This document shows, one piece after another, positions 47,300 through 57,611 of a stretch of DNA of 64,000 nt. Source of the DNA: an uncultured Candidatus Saccharibacteria bacterium (lineage in GTDB: Bacteria; Patescibacteriota; UBA1384; 2-12-FULL-50-11). The position numbers and the translations under genes are program-made. Within the stretch, counting starts at the first letter, position 1, and each line of letters begins with the position of its first letter. Under the pieces are notes generated by a model. It had not been told where the DNA came from. It saw only the letters and a program-made list of their open reading frames with translations, and did not search any database. Location of the stretch: positions 75,528 through 139,527 of the forward strand of contig CAZRED010000001.1 in NCBI GenBank assembly GCA_964599405.1. The letters run 5' to 3'.

Positions 47300-48532
47300 A
47301 TGACGACAAAGCAGAAAAATACCTTAGCTACCAGGTTAGCGGCTTCCGAGCCGCGCGTTCGAGTTATCTACGTTTCTACTTACATCCCCCGAGAGTGCGG
47401 TATTGCCACCTACACTAAAGATCTAACCAGCGCGATTAATCTACTTAATCCCGAGCGTTTGGCGGATATTGTCGCCATTGACGACGAAAAATCTGGCGGT
47501 GAGTTTAAGAAATACCCCTGGGAGGTAAAGTACAAAATTGACCAAGAAGATATCCGCAGCTGGATGAATGCGGCTGACTACATTAACCAGTCGAGTGCTG
47601 AAGTGGTGAACATCCAGCACGAGTTCGGGATCTGCGGAGGCGTCGAAGGTGAGTACGTCTTACCGTTTATGGAAGCGGTTACAAAGCCAATCATTATCTG
47701 TCTGCACACTGTTTTACCTGACCCTTCACCGAAAATGTTAGAGATGGTAAAGCGGATGACCGAACGCGCTCAAGCAATTATTGTAATGGTCGGTTCAGCC
47801 GGTAAAATTCTGGAAGAAAAATACGGCGTTGATAGTAAAAAGATCGTCGTTATCCCACACGGCGTACCAGATGTGTCGTTTGGGCAAAACAAAGTATTAA
47901 AACGAAAGATGGGCTACGGCGGTTGGAAAATCGTCACCAGCTTTGGACTTTTTGGACGATCAAAAGGCTACGAGTACGCTATACGAGCCTTGCCCCAGGT
48001 CATAAAGAAACACCCAAAAACAAAGCTCTTGTTGTTAGGCGAGACTCATCCAGTAGTTAGACGTCAAGAAGGCGAGAAATATCGTAATTCGCTAAAGGCG
48101 TTAATAAAAAGGCTACGGGTTGAGAAAAACGTCGAGTTTGTGAACCGCTATCTAACCATAGAGGAGATCATTCAATACCTTCGTATAAGCGACGTCTATA
48201 TCACCCCTTACCCAAACCTAAACCAGGTTTCGTCAGGGACGCTCTCATACGCAGTCAGCGCGGGGCTACCGTGTATCTCAACATCGTATATTCACGCAAA
48301 AGATGTTTTGGCCGAGGGACGAGGGCTACTATTAGATTCGCTGGAACCGAGCGAAATTGCTGAAAAATTAACCGATTTGTTGAGCGACAGTAAAAAACGT
48401 CTAATGATGGCGAAAAAATCTTACCTTTACGGTCGTAGTATGACCTGGTTCCGAGTCGCTTTGCGCCACTTGGATTTATTTGAGATTGTGACCGAAGAAC
48501 ATGGAAAGCCCCACCCAGCCCCGGTTTCTTAA
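47300..48532 (+). CDS. GT4 glycosyltransferase
   Basis: PRECGIATYT, IQHEFG, IPHGVP, QVSSGTLSYA. Confidence 0.9.
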   Translation: MTTKQKNTLATRLAASEPRVRVIYVSTYIPRECGIATYTKDLTSAINLLNPERLADIVAIDDEKSGGEFKKYPWEVKYKIDQEDIRSWMNAADYINQSSAEVVNIQHEFGICGGVEGEYVLPFMEAVTKPIIICLHTVLPDPSPKMLEMVKRMTERAQAIIVMVGSAGKILEEKYGVDSKKIVVIPHGVPDVSFGQNKVLKRKMGYGGWKIVTSFGLFGRSKGYEYAIRALPQVIKKHPKTKLLLLGETHPVVRRQEGEKYRNSLKALIKRLRVEKNVEFVNRYLTIEEIIQYLRISDVYITPYPNLNQVSSGTLSYAVSAGLPCISTSYIHAKDVLAEGRGLLLDSLEPSEIAEKLTDLLSDSKKRLMMAKKSYLYGRSMTWFRVALRHLDLFEIVTEEHGKPHPAPVS

Positions 48533-49538
48533 ACAACCACCGTTGAGACACCTCAAACGTCTCACCACCGCACGGGGGATTATTCAGCACGCCGATCACG
48601 ACGTCCCCGATCCAAGCTTTGGTTATTCAATCGACGACAACGCTCGAGCATTAATTGCCTGTCTATGGCATTACCGATTATTTGATAACGCTGCCGTTCT
48701 TCAATTGGCCGAAATTTACTTTCGTTACATTGAGCGAGTCGAAAAAGATGGCGGAAGTTTTCATAACTTTTTAAACTTTGCGGAAACAGTTCTTGATGCC
48801 GAGGGTTCGGAGGATTCAATCGGCCGGGCAATCTGGGCATTAGGCGAAGTCGTTGCCAACCAACCGGAAAGTGAGATGGCCAAAAAGTCAGCAACGATGC
48901 TAAAACGTACAGCCATCGAAAAACACCTTATCCATCCTCATCTGCGAACAAAAGCATATATCTTTCTAGGTTTGTTAGCTGCGGAAAACCCAGACGAGGC
49001 CAAGCCATGGGTAGATAAGTTAGCGGAGAGCTACGACGCCAACGCCCAAGCAGATTGGTCGTGGTTCGAAAACGGTCTGTACTACGCTAATGGAATCCTG
49101 CCGTATGCAGTCGCTAAAGCAGCGATTGCTTTTAAGGATCAGCGTTTGGAGAAAATTGCCGTCCAGTCGTTTGATTGGCTCGACCAAGTTTCGCGCGATA
49201 ACGGTGTACCAGCCCCGATTGGCCAAAACGGTTGGTATATTAAGGACCAAACCAAAGCTCTCTACGACCAGCAGCCACTGGAAGCCGCCGATATGGTTTT
49301 AGCTGCCTGCGAACTCTTTAAACTGACCAGAGATCAGCGTTACCGGGAAAAGGCGTTAGAATGGTACGGTTGGTATGAGGGTAATAATTTGCAAACACTA
49401 GCCTTAACTAATAAATCAACGGGCGGTATCTACGACGGGCTAACCCCGGAGGGAGTTAATGAAAACCAGGGTGCCGAATCGATTGTCACCTATCTAATGG
49501 CCTACTTAGCTCTAACCGAAATAACAAAGCATGCTTAA
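48501..49538 (+). CDS. Six-hairpin glycosidase-like partner of GT4
   Basis: GYSIDDNARAL, SEDSIGR, YDQQPLEA, NENQGAES. Confidence 0.75.
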   Translation: MESPTQPRFLKQPPLRHLKRLTTARGIIQHADHDVPDPSFGYSIDDNARALIACLWHYRLFDNAAVLQLAEIYFRYIERVEKDGGSFHNFLNFAETVLDAEGSEDSIGRAIWALGEVVANQPESEMAKKSATMLKRTAIEKHLIHPHLRTKAYIFLGLLAAENPDEAKPWVDKLAESYDANAQADWSWFENGLYYANGILPYAVAKAAIAFKDQRLEKIAVQSFDWLDQVSRDNGVPAPIGQNGWYIKDQTKALYDQQPLEAADMVLAACELFKLTRDQRYREKALEWYGWYEGNNLQTLALTNKSTGGIYDGLTPEGVNENQGAESIVTYLMAYLALTEITKHA

Positions 49539-50580
49539 ATACATACAGTTCGATAATCTCGACGAAAAAGTTTCCAAGCTCCTGAGCAAGCTAGGCCTTC
49601 AACCAGAACACATTTATTGTGACGAAGACGGCGATTTCAAGTTCCGGTTTGATAACAAATCTGGCGTGGAAGAAGGTCACCACTACTACTTAGCTAAATC
49701 GCCGATTGAGGAGTCGAAAAAAGTTGTGATTAAAATTCAGCTCGACTACCCCAATCAACCTGACCATATTTTTATCAGCCACAAAAGCTTCGCCAAAGAA
49801 CAGGAATTTTATCGGAGCACCTCCGGAAACCTCGACTTCATCCCTAACTATATTTCCAGTGGCCGGTTTGAAGACTTGAACTGGTTAACTTATGAATTTG
49901 TACCCGGAGAAACACTGGGGTTGGCTCACACCACCTCTCTCAACATTAGCCAAAGCCAGATCACCCGATTAATCCAGGTGCTCGTCGAGTTATTGAACAC
50001 CAACGCGCCCCCAGGAATGGAATTGGCAGTCAAAGATGGGGCGTACTTTACTGAGCATCTGAAAAAGTTCTTTGATGTTCACGCTGCTACCCTCAATCGC
50101 TTGGTCAGCCCGGAGCAACGTCAGAAGCTTTTCTCTCTGAACGAGACGTTTGCAACCATTATCGATAACGAGCGGCGCTACTTAGTTCATGGGGATTTCC
50201 ATCCCGGCAATATCATCCTGGGAGCAGACGAAACGTCAGTTACGATCATCGATTGGGAGCAAGTTCACTTAGGAACGCCGGTGTTGGATGTGGCGAAGCT
50301 CTGGAACCGCGCTTGGCAGAGCCCTTGGAGAGATAGGTTAGTAACTTCCGCCCGTGAGCATATGCCGGTTCAAAACTTTGACGACCAATTTCGATACCTA
50401 GCCCTGCACCTTCTTCTCGACGAGCTAGTCTTTTGGTCTCGGCTAGCCGAACGAAAAGACAACAACCCGCTTGAAGAACTAGCCGACCAGGCGTTAGCGA
50501 TCCATACAAAAGCTTTCGAATATTTGATTGAAGGTCTCCCCATCAAGAATTTAGAATCAGAAAAGCAGCTAACGTCTTAA
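49531..50580 (+). CDS. APH/choline-kinase-like phosphotransferase
   Basis: LVHGDFHPGNI, IIDWE. Confidence 0.85.
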   Translation: MLKYIQFDNLDEKVSKLLSKLGLQPEHIYCDEDGDFKFRFDNKSGVEEGHHYYLAKSPIEESKKVVIKIQLDYPNQPDHIFISHKSFAKEQEFYRSTSGNLDFIPNYISSGRFEDLNWLTYEFVPGETLGLAHTTSLNISQSQITRLIQVLVELLNTNAPPGMELAVKDGAYFTEHLKKFFDVHAATLNRLVSPEQRQKLFSLNETFATIIDNERRYLVHGDFHPGNIILGADETSVTIIDWEQVHLGTPVLDVAKLWNRAWQSPWRDRLVTSAREHMPVQNFDDQFRYLALHLLLDELVFWSRLAERKDNNPLEELADQALAIHTKAFEYLIEGLPIKNLESEKQLTS

Positions 50581-50597
50581 AGCTGTCGTAAATTAAG

Positions 50598-51644
50598 ATG
50601 TTGCCCAAAGACACTCGAATTGGCCTACTTGCTCCAATCACCTGGGAAATCCCGCCACAAAAATACGGACCGTGGGAACTAGCCGTTACCAATCTGGCAA
50701 ATGGTCTTGTTAAGTACGGTTATACAAACGTCACACTATATGCCACTAAAGAAGCTCGCATACCGGGAGTTAATAACCAATCGATTATCAGTCACCCTTT
50801 TGGCGGGACTGACGCCTTGGATAAACATGCTCAAGAGCTGCTTCATATAGCCCATAGTATGAGACATGCCGAGAAGCACTGTGACCTAATCCATAACCAC
50901 CTCGACTATTATCCTGTAGCTTTTTCCCCTTTTATTTCCGCCCCTTTTATTACAACACTGCATGGGCTAGGCCAGAACCCAAATGCAAACACAGTTTTTC
51001 TGGCCCACAAAGACCTGCCTTACGTTTCTATATCTAATGCCGAGCGCCGACAGTTACCGACGCTTAACTACGTTTCGACGATTTATCACGGTATCGATTT
51101 TTCCGAATTTAAACTTAGCCCTAATCCTCAAGACTATTTGGTTTATACCGGTCGGATTCATCCCGAGAAAGGTGTTCATCTAGCTATTAAATTGGCGAAG
51201 AGATTGGGTAAAAGTATTTTTATTGCCGGAATTGTCCAACCCGAAATGCAAAACTATTTTCAAACAGTAATTGTGCCAGAGCTCAACGAAAGTACCGTGT
51301 ACTTAGGTAACTTAGGGAGAAGGGAGATAGCCGAGCTAGTTGGTAGCGCCGAAGCATACATCGGATTAATTGACGTAGATGAAGCGTTTGGTTTTTCGAT
51401 AGCTGAAGCTATTGCCTGTGGTACACCGGCAGTTGCCACCCCTCGTGGCTCACATGTTGAGCTAATTCGTCCAGGAGAAACTGGTATCTTAGTGAATTCC
51501 CTTGACGAAGCAGTTGCTCGTTACGGTGAAGTACTGAAAATTGATCGCACTCAATGCAGGGAAGTTGGCAAAACGATGTTTAGCATCGAGACAATGGTAG
51601 AAGGTTACTTAGCAGTTTACGAGAAAGTTTTACGAAGAGTTTAG
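50598..51644 (+). CDS. GT4 glycosyltransferase
   Basis: PPQKYGPWE, GRIHPEKG, EAFGFSIAEA. Confidence 0.9.
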   Translation: MLPKDTRIGLLAPITWEIPPQKYGPWELAVTNLANGLVKYGYTNVTLYATKEARIPGVNNQSIISHPFGGTDALDKHAQELLHIAHSMRHAEKHCDLIHNHLDYYPVAFSPFISAPFITTLHGLGQNPNANTVFLAHKDLPYVSISNAERRQLPTLNYVSTIYHGIDFSEFKLSPNPQDYLVYTGRIHPEKGVHLAIKLAKRLGKSIFIAGIVQPEMQNYFQTVIVPELNESTVYLGNLGRREIAELVGSAEAYIGLIDVDEAFGFSIAEAIACGTPAVATPRGSHVELIRPGETGILVNSLDEAVARYGEVLKIDRTQCREVGKTMFSIETMVEGYLAVYEKVLRRV

Positions 51645-52592
51645 CGGGCTCATTTCCTGACAAATCCGTTCCGAAGTGGGGAGGAATGACTTCCAACCGA
51701 TTACTGACCAGACGAGTAGCAAAAAGTACTTAAAGCGCTTATCTATCTTGAATGCTAAAAGAAGGTGTTGCAAAACTTTTTTACGATCTCCCGCATGAAA
51801 AAAGAAGTTGGCGACGACCAGGTGCCGCCAAGCCCATATTTTCGGGTAGCGCCGGTAAAGAAAGAGATACTTATTGAGAATATACTCCCTGGACAAGGCT
51901 CTCCTACTTGGTCGGGCAGCAGTTTCTGTTGTGACACTATTCTCTAGAACATAGTAGTTAACTAATACTTCTGGGGTAGCAGCAAAAGTGAATTTTTCCG
52001 CAATTCTAATCCAGAGCTCATACTCCTGTGCACCACCAAAACGGAGTCTTTCGTCCTCATCAAAATAACCGATAGCTTCAAAGACCCTTCGATGAATTAG
52101 ACCACTACTCGCCCCACCCAATATTACACAATCAGCTAATAGCTGGGGCAAGAGCTCTGGTGGATTGCTAGGGGTAAAAGTGCTGGTTTTACTGGGGAAT
52201 ATGAACTTTATCCCCGAATAAACCATTCCAAGCTTCGGATCGGTAGAACCTCGGAAAAGGTCAATTTCTTTTGCCAACTTCCCCGGCAACCATTCGTCGT
52301 CAGAATCTAAAAACGCTATGTACTGGCCTCGGGCCTTTTTAAGGCCGATATTTCGAGTGATATTACCTCCAGAGTTGCTCTCCTGGGGTAGGTAGATCAA
52401 ATTTGAATATTTATCTTGTAACTCTTTTACTACTTGGGACGTATTATCCTTGGAGCCATCGTCAACAACGATAACCTCTAAGTTTTTGTAATCCTGTTTA
52501 ACAACACTAGTTACCGCGCGCTCAATTAAATCAGCTCGATTATATGTGGGGATAACGACTGAAATAAGCGGCTGGATGGGGGGTCTTTCCAT
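51630..52592 (-). CDS. GT2 glycosyltransferase
   Basis: SVVIPTYNR, VVDDGS, FLDSDD. Confidence 0.92.
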   Translation of the reverse strand: MERPPIQPLISVVIPTYNRADLIERAVTSVVKQDYKNLEVIVVDDGSKDNTSQVVKELQDKYSNLIYLPQESNSGGNITRNIGLKKARGQYIAFLDSDDEWLPGKLAKEIDLFRGSTDPKLGMVYSGIKFIFPSKTSTFTPSNPPELLPQLLADCVILGGASSGLIHRRVFEAIGYFDEDERLRFGGAQEYELWIRIAEKFTFAATPEVLVNYYVLENSVTTETAARPSRRALSREYILNKYLFLYRRYPKIWAWRHLVVANFFFHAGDRKKVLQHLLLAFKIDKRFKYFLLLVWSVIGWKSFLPTSERICQEMSPLNSS

Positions 52593-52723
52593 ATCTTTAT
52601 TATCTCAAGACAAGATTCACTTTGACAGCTCTTAACGCTTAATTGCTTGCAGGAATTGAGGGGAGCAAGAAGGATTGTTTTTGGTAAGCACTAGAATGCG
52701 TTAGATAAATTGCTAGTCTGTGA

Positions 52724-53686
52724 GTGATGGAAATAAAATTGAAGCGTTATAGGAACAACCCCATCCTCATGCCGTCCCACCACAAATGGGAAAATAAAGC
52801 AGTGTTTAACTGCGGTGCCACTATATATAACGGACGGGTTGCTATCCTATATCGAGCACAGGGTGATGATATGATTTCTCGATTTGGTTTGGCTTTTTCC
52901 GATGATGGGTATCACATTGCCGAACGGCTTCCCGACCCAGTTTTTGACGCTGACCGAGACACTGAGTACGAGACGCACGGTGTTGAGGATCCAAGAATCA
53001 GCGTCATCGATAGCAGCTACTATATTGTTTACACGTCCGCCTCCCTTTACCCATCAGTCGCCGGAAAAGGTGTCGAGCAAAGAAAGGAAGGCGAGCTTCC
53101 GTGGCGAGTTCGCGTAAGTATCGCCCACACCACCGACTTTCGAACATTTACTAGACATGGGGTAGTTATTAGCCACATCGATAGCAAGGATGGGGTGTTG
53201 TTCCCAGGGAAATTCCGTGACCAAATGCTTTTGCTCCACCGAGTTATTCCAGAGATCCGCCTAGCTGTTGGGGAACATGTCACCAGCTTTGCAGAACGTG
53301 GCCCACTATTAGGACCAAGCGGCAAGGGATGGGACTCTAGAAAGGTCGGCGCCGGTGCACCGCCGATTAAAACCGAGTACGGCTGGGTGCTTATTTACCA
53401 TGGTGTTGACGACAGCAACCACTATAACCTCGGGTTAGCGCTAATCGACCGACATGACCCACTTCGAGTTATCGCTAGAAGCAAGCAACCAATCCTTTCA
53501 CCCGAGAAAGACTACGAAAAAAAAGGACAGGTTAACAACGTGGTCTTTTCCTGCGGTGCGGTGAGAGTGAAAGACGAACTGCTCGTTTACTACGGTGCAG
53601 CAGACTCAACCGTTGCCGTAGCTAGTATTGAATACAGTAAAATAGAGCAGTGGGCCGAGCACCACTACCGACTCGCCCACAAATAG
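52724..53686 (+). CDS. GH130 mannoside phosphorylase/glycosidase
   Basis: AVFNCGA, LYRA, GVEDPRI, KVGAGAPP, LIYHGV, VYYGAAD. Confidence 0.9.
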   Translation: MMEIKLKRYRNNPILMPSHHKWENKAVFNCGATIYNGRVAILYRAQGDDMISRFGLAFSDDGYHIAERLPDPVFDADRDTEYETHGVEDPRISVIDSSYYIVYTSASLYPSVAGKGVEQRKEGELPWRVRVSIAHTTDFRTFTRHGVVISHIDSKDGVLFPGKFRDQMLLLHRVIPEIRLAVGEHVTSFAERGPLLGPSGKGWDSRKVGAGAPPIKTEYGWVLIYHGVDDSNHYNLGLALIDRHDPLRVIARSKQPILSPEKDYEKKGQVNNVVFSCGAVRVKDELLVYYGAADSTVAVASIEYSKIEQWAEHHYRLAHK

Positions 53687-54709
53687 TTAGCCGCGCAAGT
53701 ACTTCGCCGCTTCTTCCGGACTGATAACATCAATAATCACTCCCGAACCAAGTTCGTAACCACCGTACGAAGAGAGCCGCGGGGTAATTTCAATATGCCA
53801 ACGGAAAAAATCACTTTGCTCAATAGTGGGCGGTAAACGCCCACTTAGCAGTTTATCAGCTGCTATTGATTTCGGTAGATCGTGAAGAAAGAAATTAAGA
53901 TGGGGCTGGCTAAGCACCCGGTCGTACATCGTCATGACTTTTTTCATTATGCCACCCAAGGCGTGTAGTGTTGTCTCCGGCTCTTGCTCAAAATGACCGC
54001 CATCTTCTTTAACCATCACCCAACTCTCAAAGGGAAAACGGGCAGCATAAAAAGTGAAGGCGATAAATTCGTCGTTTTCGGCGATAATCCGATGTTTTTC
54101 CTTTTTTTCGTGATCAATTAAATCCTGGAAGACGTTGCGGCCATTATCGATAAAATACTTTTCCGAACCCTGAATTTCCCGATAAATCTGGTTGGGAACG
54201 ATATTGCTGGCAAATATTTGGGCATGGGGATGAACAATCGAGGCGCCGGCGCGGGTACCGTGGTTGTAAATTAGCATGGTTTGCTCGGCGTTACAGTCGT
54301 TGCGCCAATATTGGTAGCGTTTTTTGGCGATCGAAAAAAGGTCTTGCCAAATTTCGCTGGAGAACGTGTAGATATCGGTATCGGCTTCTTTAATGATTAC
54401 AACATCGTGTCCGCCGGTGGACGGCCGCGCCCGGTAAAAATCCTCCAATTCATAGGTACGATGGCTGCATTTTTCTTTGTCTTCAACGAAGGCCGGAAAG
54501 GAGTTGGGGATAACGTAGACGTGATCGGTTTCGAACTTACCCGGCAGACGTTGCTCCTTATAAACTTTGCCGCCCACCTCAAAAACATCGGTTTTTTTGG
54601 AAGTGTCTTTCACGCCTTCGGAAACGATAAAGTCGCTCGGGCGTTTGGCTCGCTCCGGAGCAATCACCACCCATTCGCCGGTAATAATATTTTGGCGTAG
54701 CTGCGGCAT
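53687..54709 (-). CDS. galT: Galactose-1-phosphate uridylyltransferase family (HIT)
   Basis: EWVVIAPERAKRP, GASIVHPHAQ, GGYELGSG; start reassigned to MPQLRQN. Confidence 0.88.
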   Translation of the reverse strand: MPQLRQNIITGEWVVIAPERAKRPSDFIVSEGVKDTSKKTDVFEVGGKVYKEQRLPGKFETDHVYVIPNSFPAFVEDKEKCSHRTYELEDFYRARPSTGGHDVVIIKEADTDIYTFSSEIWQDLFSIAKKRYQYWRNDCNAEQTMLIYNHGTRAGASIVHPHAQIFASNIVPNQIYREIQGSEKYFIDNGRNVFQDLIDHEKKEKHRIIAENDEFIAFTFYAARFPFESWVMVKEDGGHFEQEPETTLHALGGIMKKVMTMYDRVLSQPHLNFFLHDLPKSIAADKLLSGRLPPTIEQSDFFRWHIEITPRLSSYGGYELGSGVIIDVISPEEAAKYLRG

Positions 54710-54791
54710 AGCTCCAGCGTAACCGTTGGGGCAGTTTTCAACAAACTGACGGAGCGAATGTTTTACGGTAGGATTTAGATAGGAGGGAACA

Positions 54792-57044
54792 ATTTCGGAA
54801 AAGTACGGCGATTTTTCGGCAACAGGTAAAGAGTTTGTGATTAATCGGCCGGACACGCCGCGACCTTGGCGTAACTTGCTCTCCAACGGCCAGTACACCG
54901 CCACCATTAGTCAGACCGGGTCGGGAACGGCCACCGATCAACGGGGAAGTTTTGCCACGCTACTGCGCGGCGACAGCACCAAAGCCGCTGACGCACTACC
55001 CGGACGAATTATCTACATATTTGACAACGACTCCGGCGAGTTTTGGAGCGTCGGTCACTTTCCCGGCGAAAAAACCTACCAGTCTTTCCAGGCCGTCCAT
55101 GGCCTGGGTTACACAACAATCTCTTCCGGCGCCCAAGACATTGACACGGCTGTGACATTTTTCGTTCCGCCGGATGATGCCTGTGAAATTTGGCAGCTAA
55201 AAATTAACAACACCAAAAAGAAAAAGCGCCGGTTAAGTATTTTTCTAGTGGCCAACGTCGAAGCCCAACAAAACTGCGACATTCAACTAAAAAATAATAT
55301 TCTTTATGCCAACTCCAAAAGTGTCACTGGTAGTTGCCTCTGCTATTTCGGCCTTAACCACAGCGTTGACAGTTTCGACACCGACCGCGAAGCGTTCTTT
55401 GGCCCGTATGGCAGTTTCGCTGCGCCGCGAGCAGTCACTGACGGCAAATGCTCACGGAGTGTGGCCTTAAGCGACCCGATTATGGTGCTGCAGCGCAATA
55501 TTACCCTTGGGGCCCAGGCAAAAACGGAGTTAACGGCGGTTTTTGGCGGGCTAGAAATAGAAAGTACGGACGGAACTTTTGCTCAAGAGCGCGCCAACGC
55601 CTTGCGAAAAACCCAAACAGTGGTGGAAAAATATACCCGCTCCAACCAAGCCGAACAGTCTTTAGCGGCTGTTAGAACATTTTGGAGTAAACATATAGAA
55701 ACGTCCCAATTCAACTCCCCCGATGAAGCACTGAATGTGTCGCAGAGCATTTGGGCGAAGTATCAGGCGTTTTCGAACTTCCTAACAATTAGTTCGGTGG
55801 AGTACAGCACTGCTTTGGCGAAAAAAATTATTCCCGTTGTTGCCCTTTCACCGACGCTCGCCGCCGAAAAAACCGAGGCGCTATTAGCCCGGCAAGCCAA
55901 AGACGGACGAGTGGTGGAGTGGCTGGATTACCGAAACGGCAACGCACGCCTTAGCGACAACATTACGGCTCCAGCGTGGCTAGGGCTAACAGCCTTAGCG
56001 CTAGTCAATGAAACAGGCGATACCGGTTGGCTACGCCAACAAGTAAGTTTCTTTGACGGCGGCAGCGCTAGTGTGTTGGAGCACGTAATCCGCGCCGCCG
56101 AACATTGCCTGGCTCAAACCGACAGCAATCACCTGGTGGGGGATGACGAGTTAATATCCACCGAAAAAACCAGTTTAGTTGCTCTGTTTCTGAAGGAGCT
56201 GCTGCCAATCCTCGAGCACGAACACGACCATCATGCTGTCCGAAAGTACCAGTTGGCCTACGAAAAAATCAAAGAATCCGCCAGTCGGCGGCTGTGGGAT
56301 GGCGGGTATTACCTGGCTGGACGCAACGGCAAGAAAATTGGTTCAGCCAAAAACCCTCACCGAAAAATTGATTTAGCGGCGCAGGTTTGGCCGGTGCTGG
56401 CCGGGTTAGCACACACCGACCGGGCCGAAAAAGCCCTGAATGCCGCTTGGCGAACACTTCGTAGTGGCAACGGCTTGGCTAATTTCAGTGCCGCCTACAC
56501 CGGCCTGATTGCCGAGGCGCCAGAAAGTTTGTTTGCCCCCGGTGAAAAAACCAACGGCGGCATCAGCTTGGAGTTAGCAGCATTGGCGGCAACGGCCGAA
56601 GCGAAGCTGGGCCGCGGCGAACTGGTTTATCAAATCTTCCAAGATCATCACTTTGCTTACCGCTCTGCCAATCAAGCAAAATATAAAATTGAGCCGTTTG
56701 TTTACCCCGAGTACATTTTCGGACCGGATAGCCCACACTTTGGTGAGGGCGACTTTGGTTGGGGAACAGCTGGCGGCTGGCAGTGGCGAGCGGTTAACGA
56801 GGCAATGCTTGGCATTAAACCCATGCTCAATGGATTACGAATTGACCCATGCCTACCCCGCGATTGGCGCCAAGCAGAAATCAGCCGACAATTCCGCGGT
56901 GCCGATTACCACATCCGCATTTTGAACCCAACTAGGCAAAGTAAAGGAGTCGACCGAGTTGTGGTAGACGGTATCCGCCAAACCGGCAACGTTGTCCCCG
57001 CCTTCAAAACCGGCGTTCACTATATAGAAGTGTTTTTGGGCTAA
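54792..57044 (+). CDS. GH94 cellobiose/chitobiose phosphorylase-like protein, divergent
   Basis: KYGDF...EFVINRPDTPRPW, HGLGYT, FDTDREAF, PGEKTNGG, EPFVY, LRIDPCLP; likely ATT start at 54792. Confidence 0.8.
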   Translation: MSEKYGDFSATGKEFVINRPDTPRPWRNLLSNGQYTATISQTGSGTATDQRGSFATLLRGDSTKAADALPGRIIYIFDNDSGEFWSVGHFPGEKTYQSFQAVHGLGYTTISSGAQDIDTAVTFFVPPDDACEIWQLKINNTKKKKRRLSIFLVANVEAQQNCDIQLKNNILYANSKSVTGSCLCYFGLNHSVDSFDTDREAFFGPYGSFAAPRAVTDGKCSRSVALSDPIMVLQRNITLGAQAKTELTAVFGGLEIESTDGTFAQERANALRKTQTVVEKYTRSNQAEQSLAAVRTFWSKHIETSQFNSPDEALNVSQSIWAKYQAFSNFLTISSVEYSTALAKKIIPVVALSPTLAAEKTEALLARQAKDGRVVEWLDYRNGNARLSDNITAPAWLGLTALALVNETGDTGWLRQQVSFFDGGSASVLEHVIRAAEHCLAQTDSNHLVGDDELISTEKTSLVALFLKELLPILEHEHDHHAVRKYQLAYEKIKESASRRLWDGGYYLAGRNGKKIGSAKNPHRKIDLAAQVWPVLAGLAHTDRAEKALNAAWRTLRSGNGLANFSAAYTGLIAEAPESLFAPGEKTNGGISLELAALAATAEAKLGRGELVYQIFQDHHFAYRSANQAKYKIEPFVYPEYIFGPDSPHFGEGDFGWGTAGGWQWRAVNEAMLGIKPMLNGLRIDPCLPRDWRQAEISRQFRGADYHIRILNPTRQSKGVDRVVVDGIRQTGNVVPAFKTGVHYIEVFLG

Positions 57045-57148
57045 TTACCGTTGATTTTTGAATCAGTCTGCAGTATAATTTGCCCAACGAACCTTGGAGA
57101 ACGAATATGGCAGGAAGTGCATCCCCACACACAATGCTGGAGATTAAG

Positions 57149-57304
57149 ATGTCTTGGCTTAACCGCTGTACGTCCCTTGAGGAGCAACAGGAGAAAGCAA
57201 AAGAAATCCTCAATTGGATGGACGGCTGGAGTCCGGGACATTTCGCCGACGGCACTGGCCGTGAACCCCATCGCGAGCAACTAACTCAGTTACTCAACGC
57301 TTAG
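57149..57304 (+). CDS. Small hypothetical protein (51 aa)
   Basis: GGAG SD, MSWLNRCTSLEEQQ...; TATAAT upstream; terminator at 57332-57368. Confidence 0.5.
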   Translation: MSWLNRCTSLEEQQEKAKEILNWMDGWSPGHFADGTGREPHREQLTQLLNA

Positions 57305-57371
57305 CTTTTACCTCCTCCTCCCACACACGAAGGCCCCCACCGCGCAAGCGGATCGGGGGCCCTTTTATTAC

Positions 57372-57536
57372 TTAAAATAATTCCGAGAGATCAATCTGTA
57401 CTTCGGCGGTTGACGGTTCGCTGATTGGAGCCGTCCCCTCAAGCTGGAAAAGATGCCAATAAGACAGCCCGGCAACTAGGCTAAAGAAAATGATGGTGTA
57501 GACTAGGGCGGTGCGATGCTGGCGTTCTTCACTCAT
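57372..57536 (-). CDS. Small (54 aa) single-TM protein, below the ORF-track cutoff
   Basis: MSEERQHRTALVYTIIFFSLVAGLSYWHLFQLEGTAPISEPSTAEVQIDLSELF. Confidence 0.55.
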   Translation of the reverse strand: MSEERQHRTALVYTIIFFSLVAGLSYWHLFQLEGTAPISEPSTAEVQIDLSELF

Positions 57537-57611
57537 CACTTATATAGTAAGCGCTAAACCGCTTACTTAACAACCTGTTCATACAGCTTGCTATTGTAGC
57601 AGGCCAACCTC

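Noticed and set aside
54710-54907. N-terminal extension of galT in the ORF track
   Set aside because: It overlaps the divergent GH94 start; GalT similarity begins at MPQLRQN (54709).
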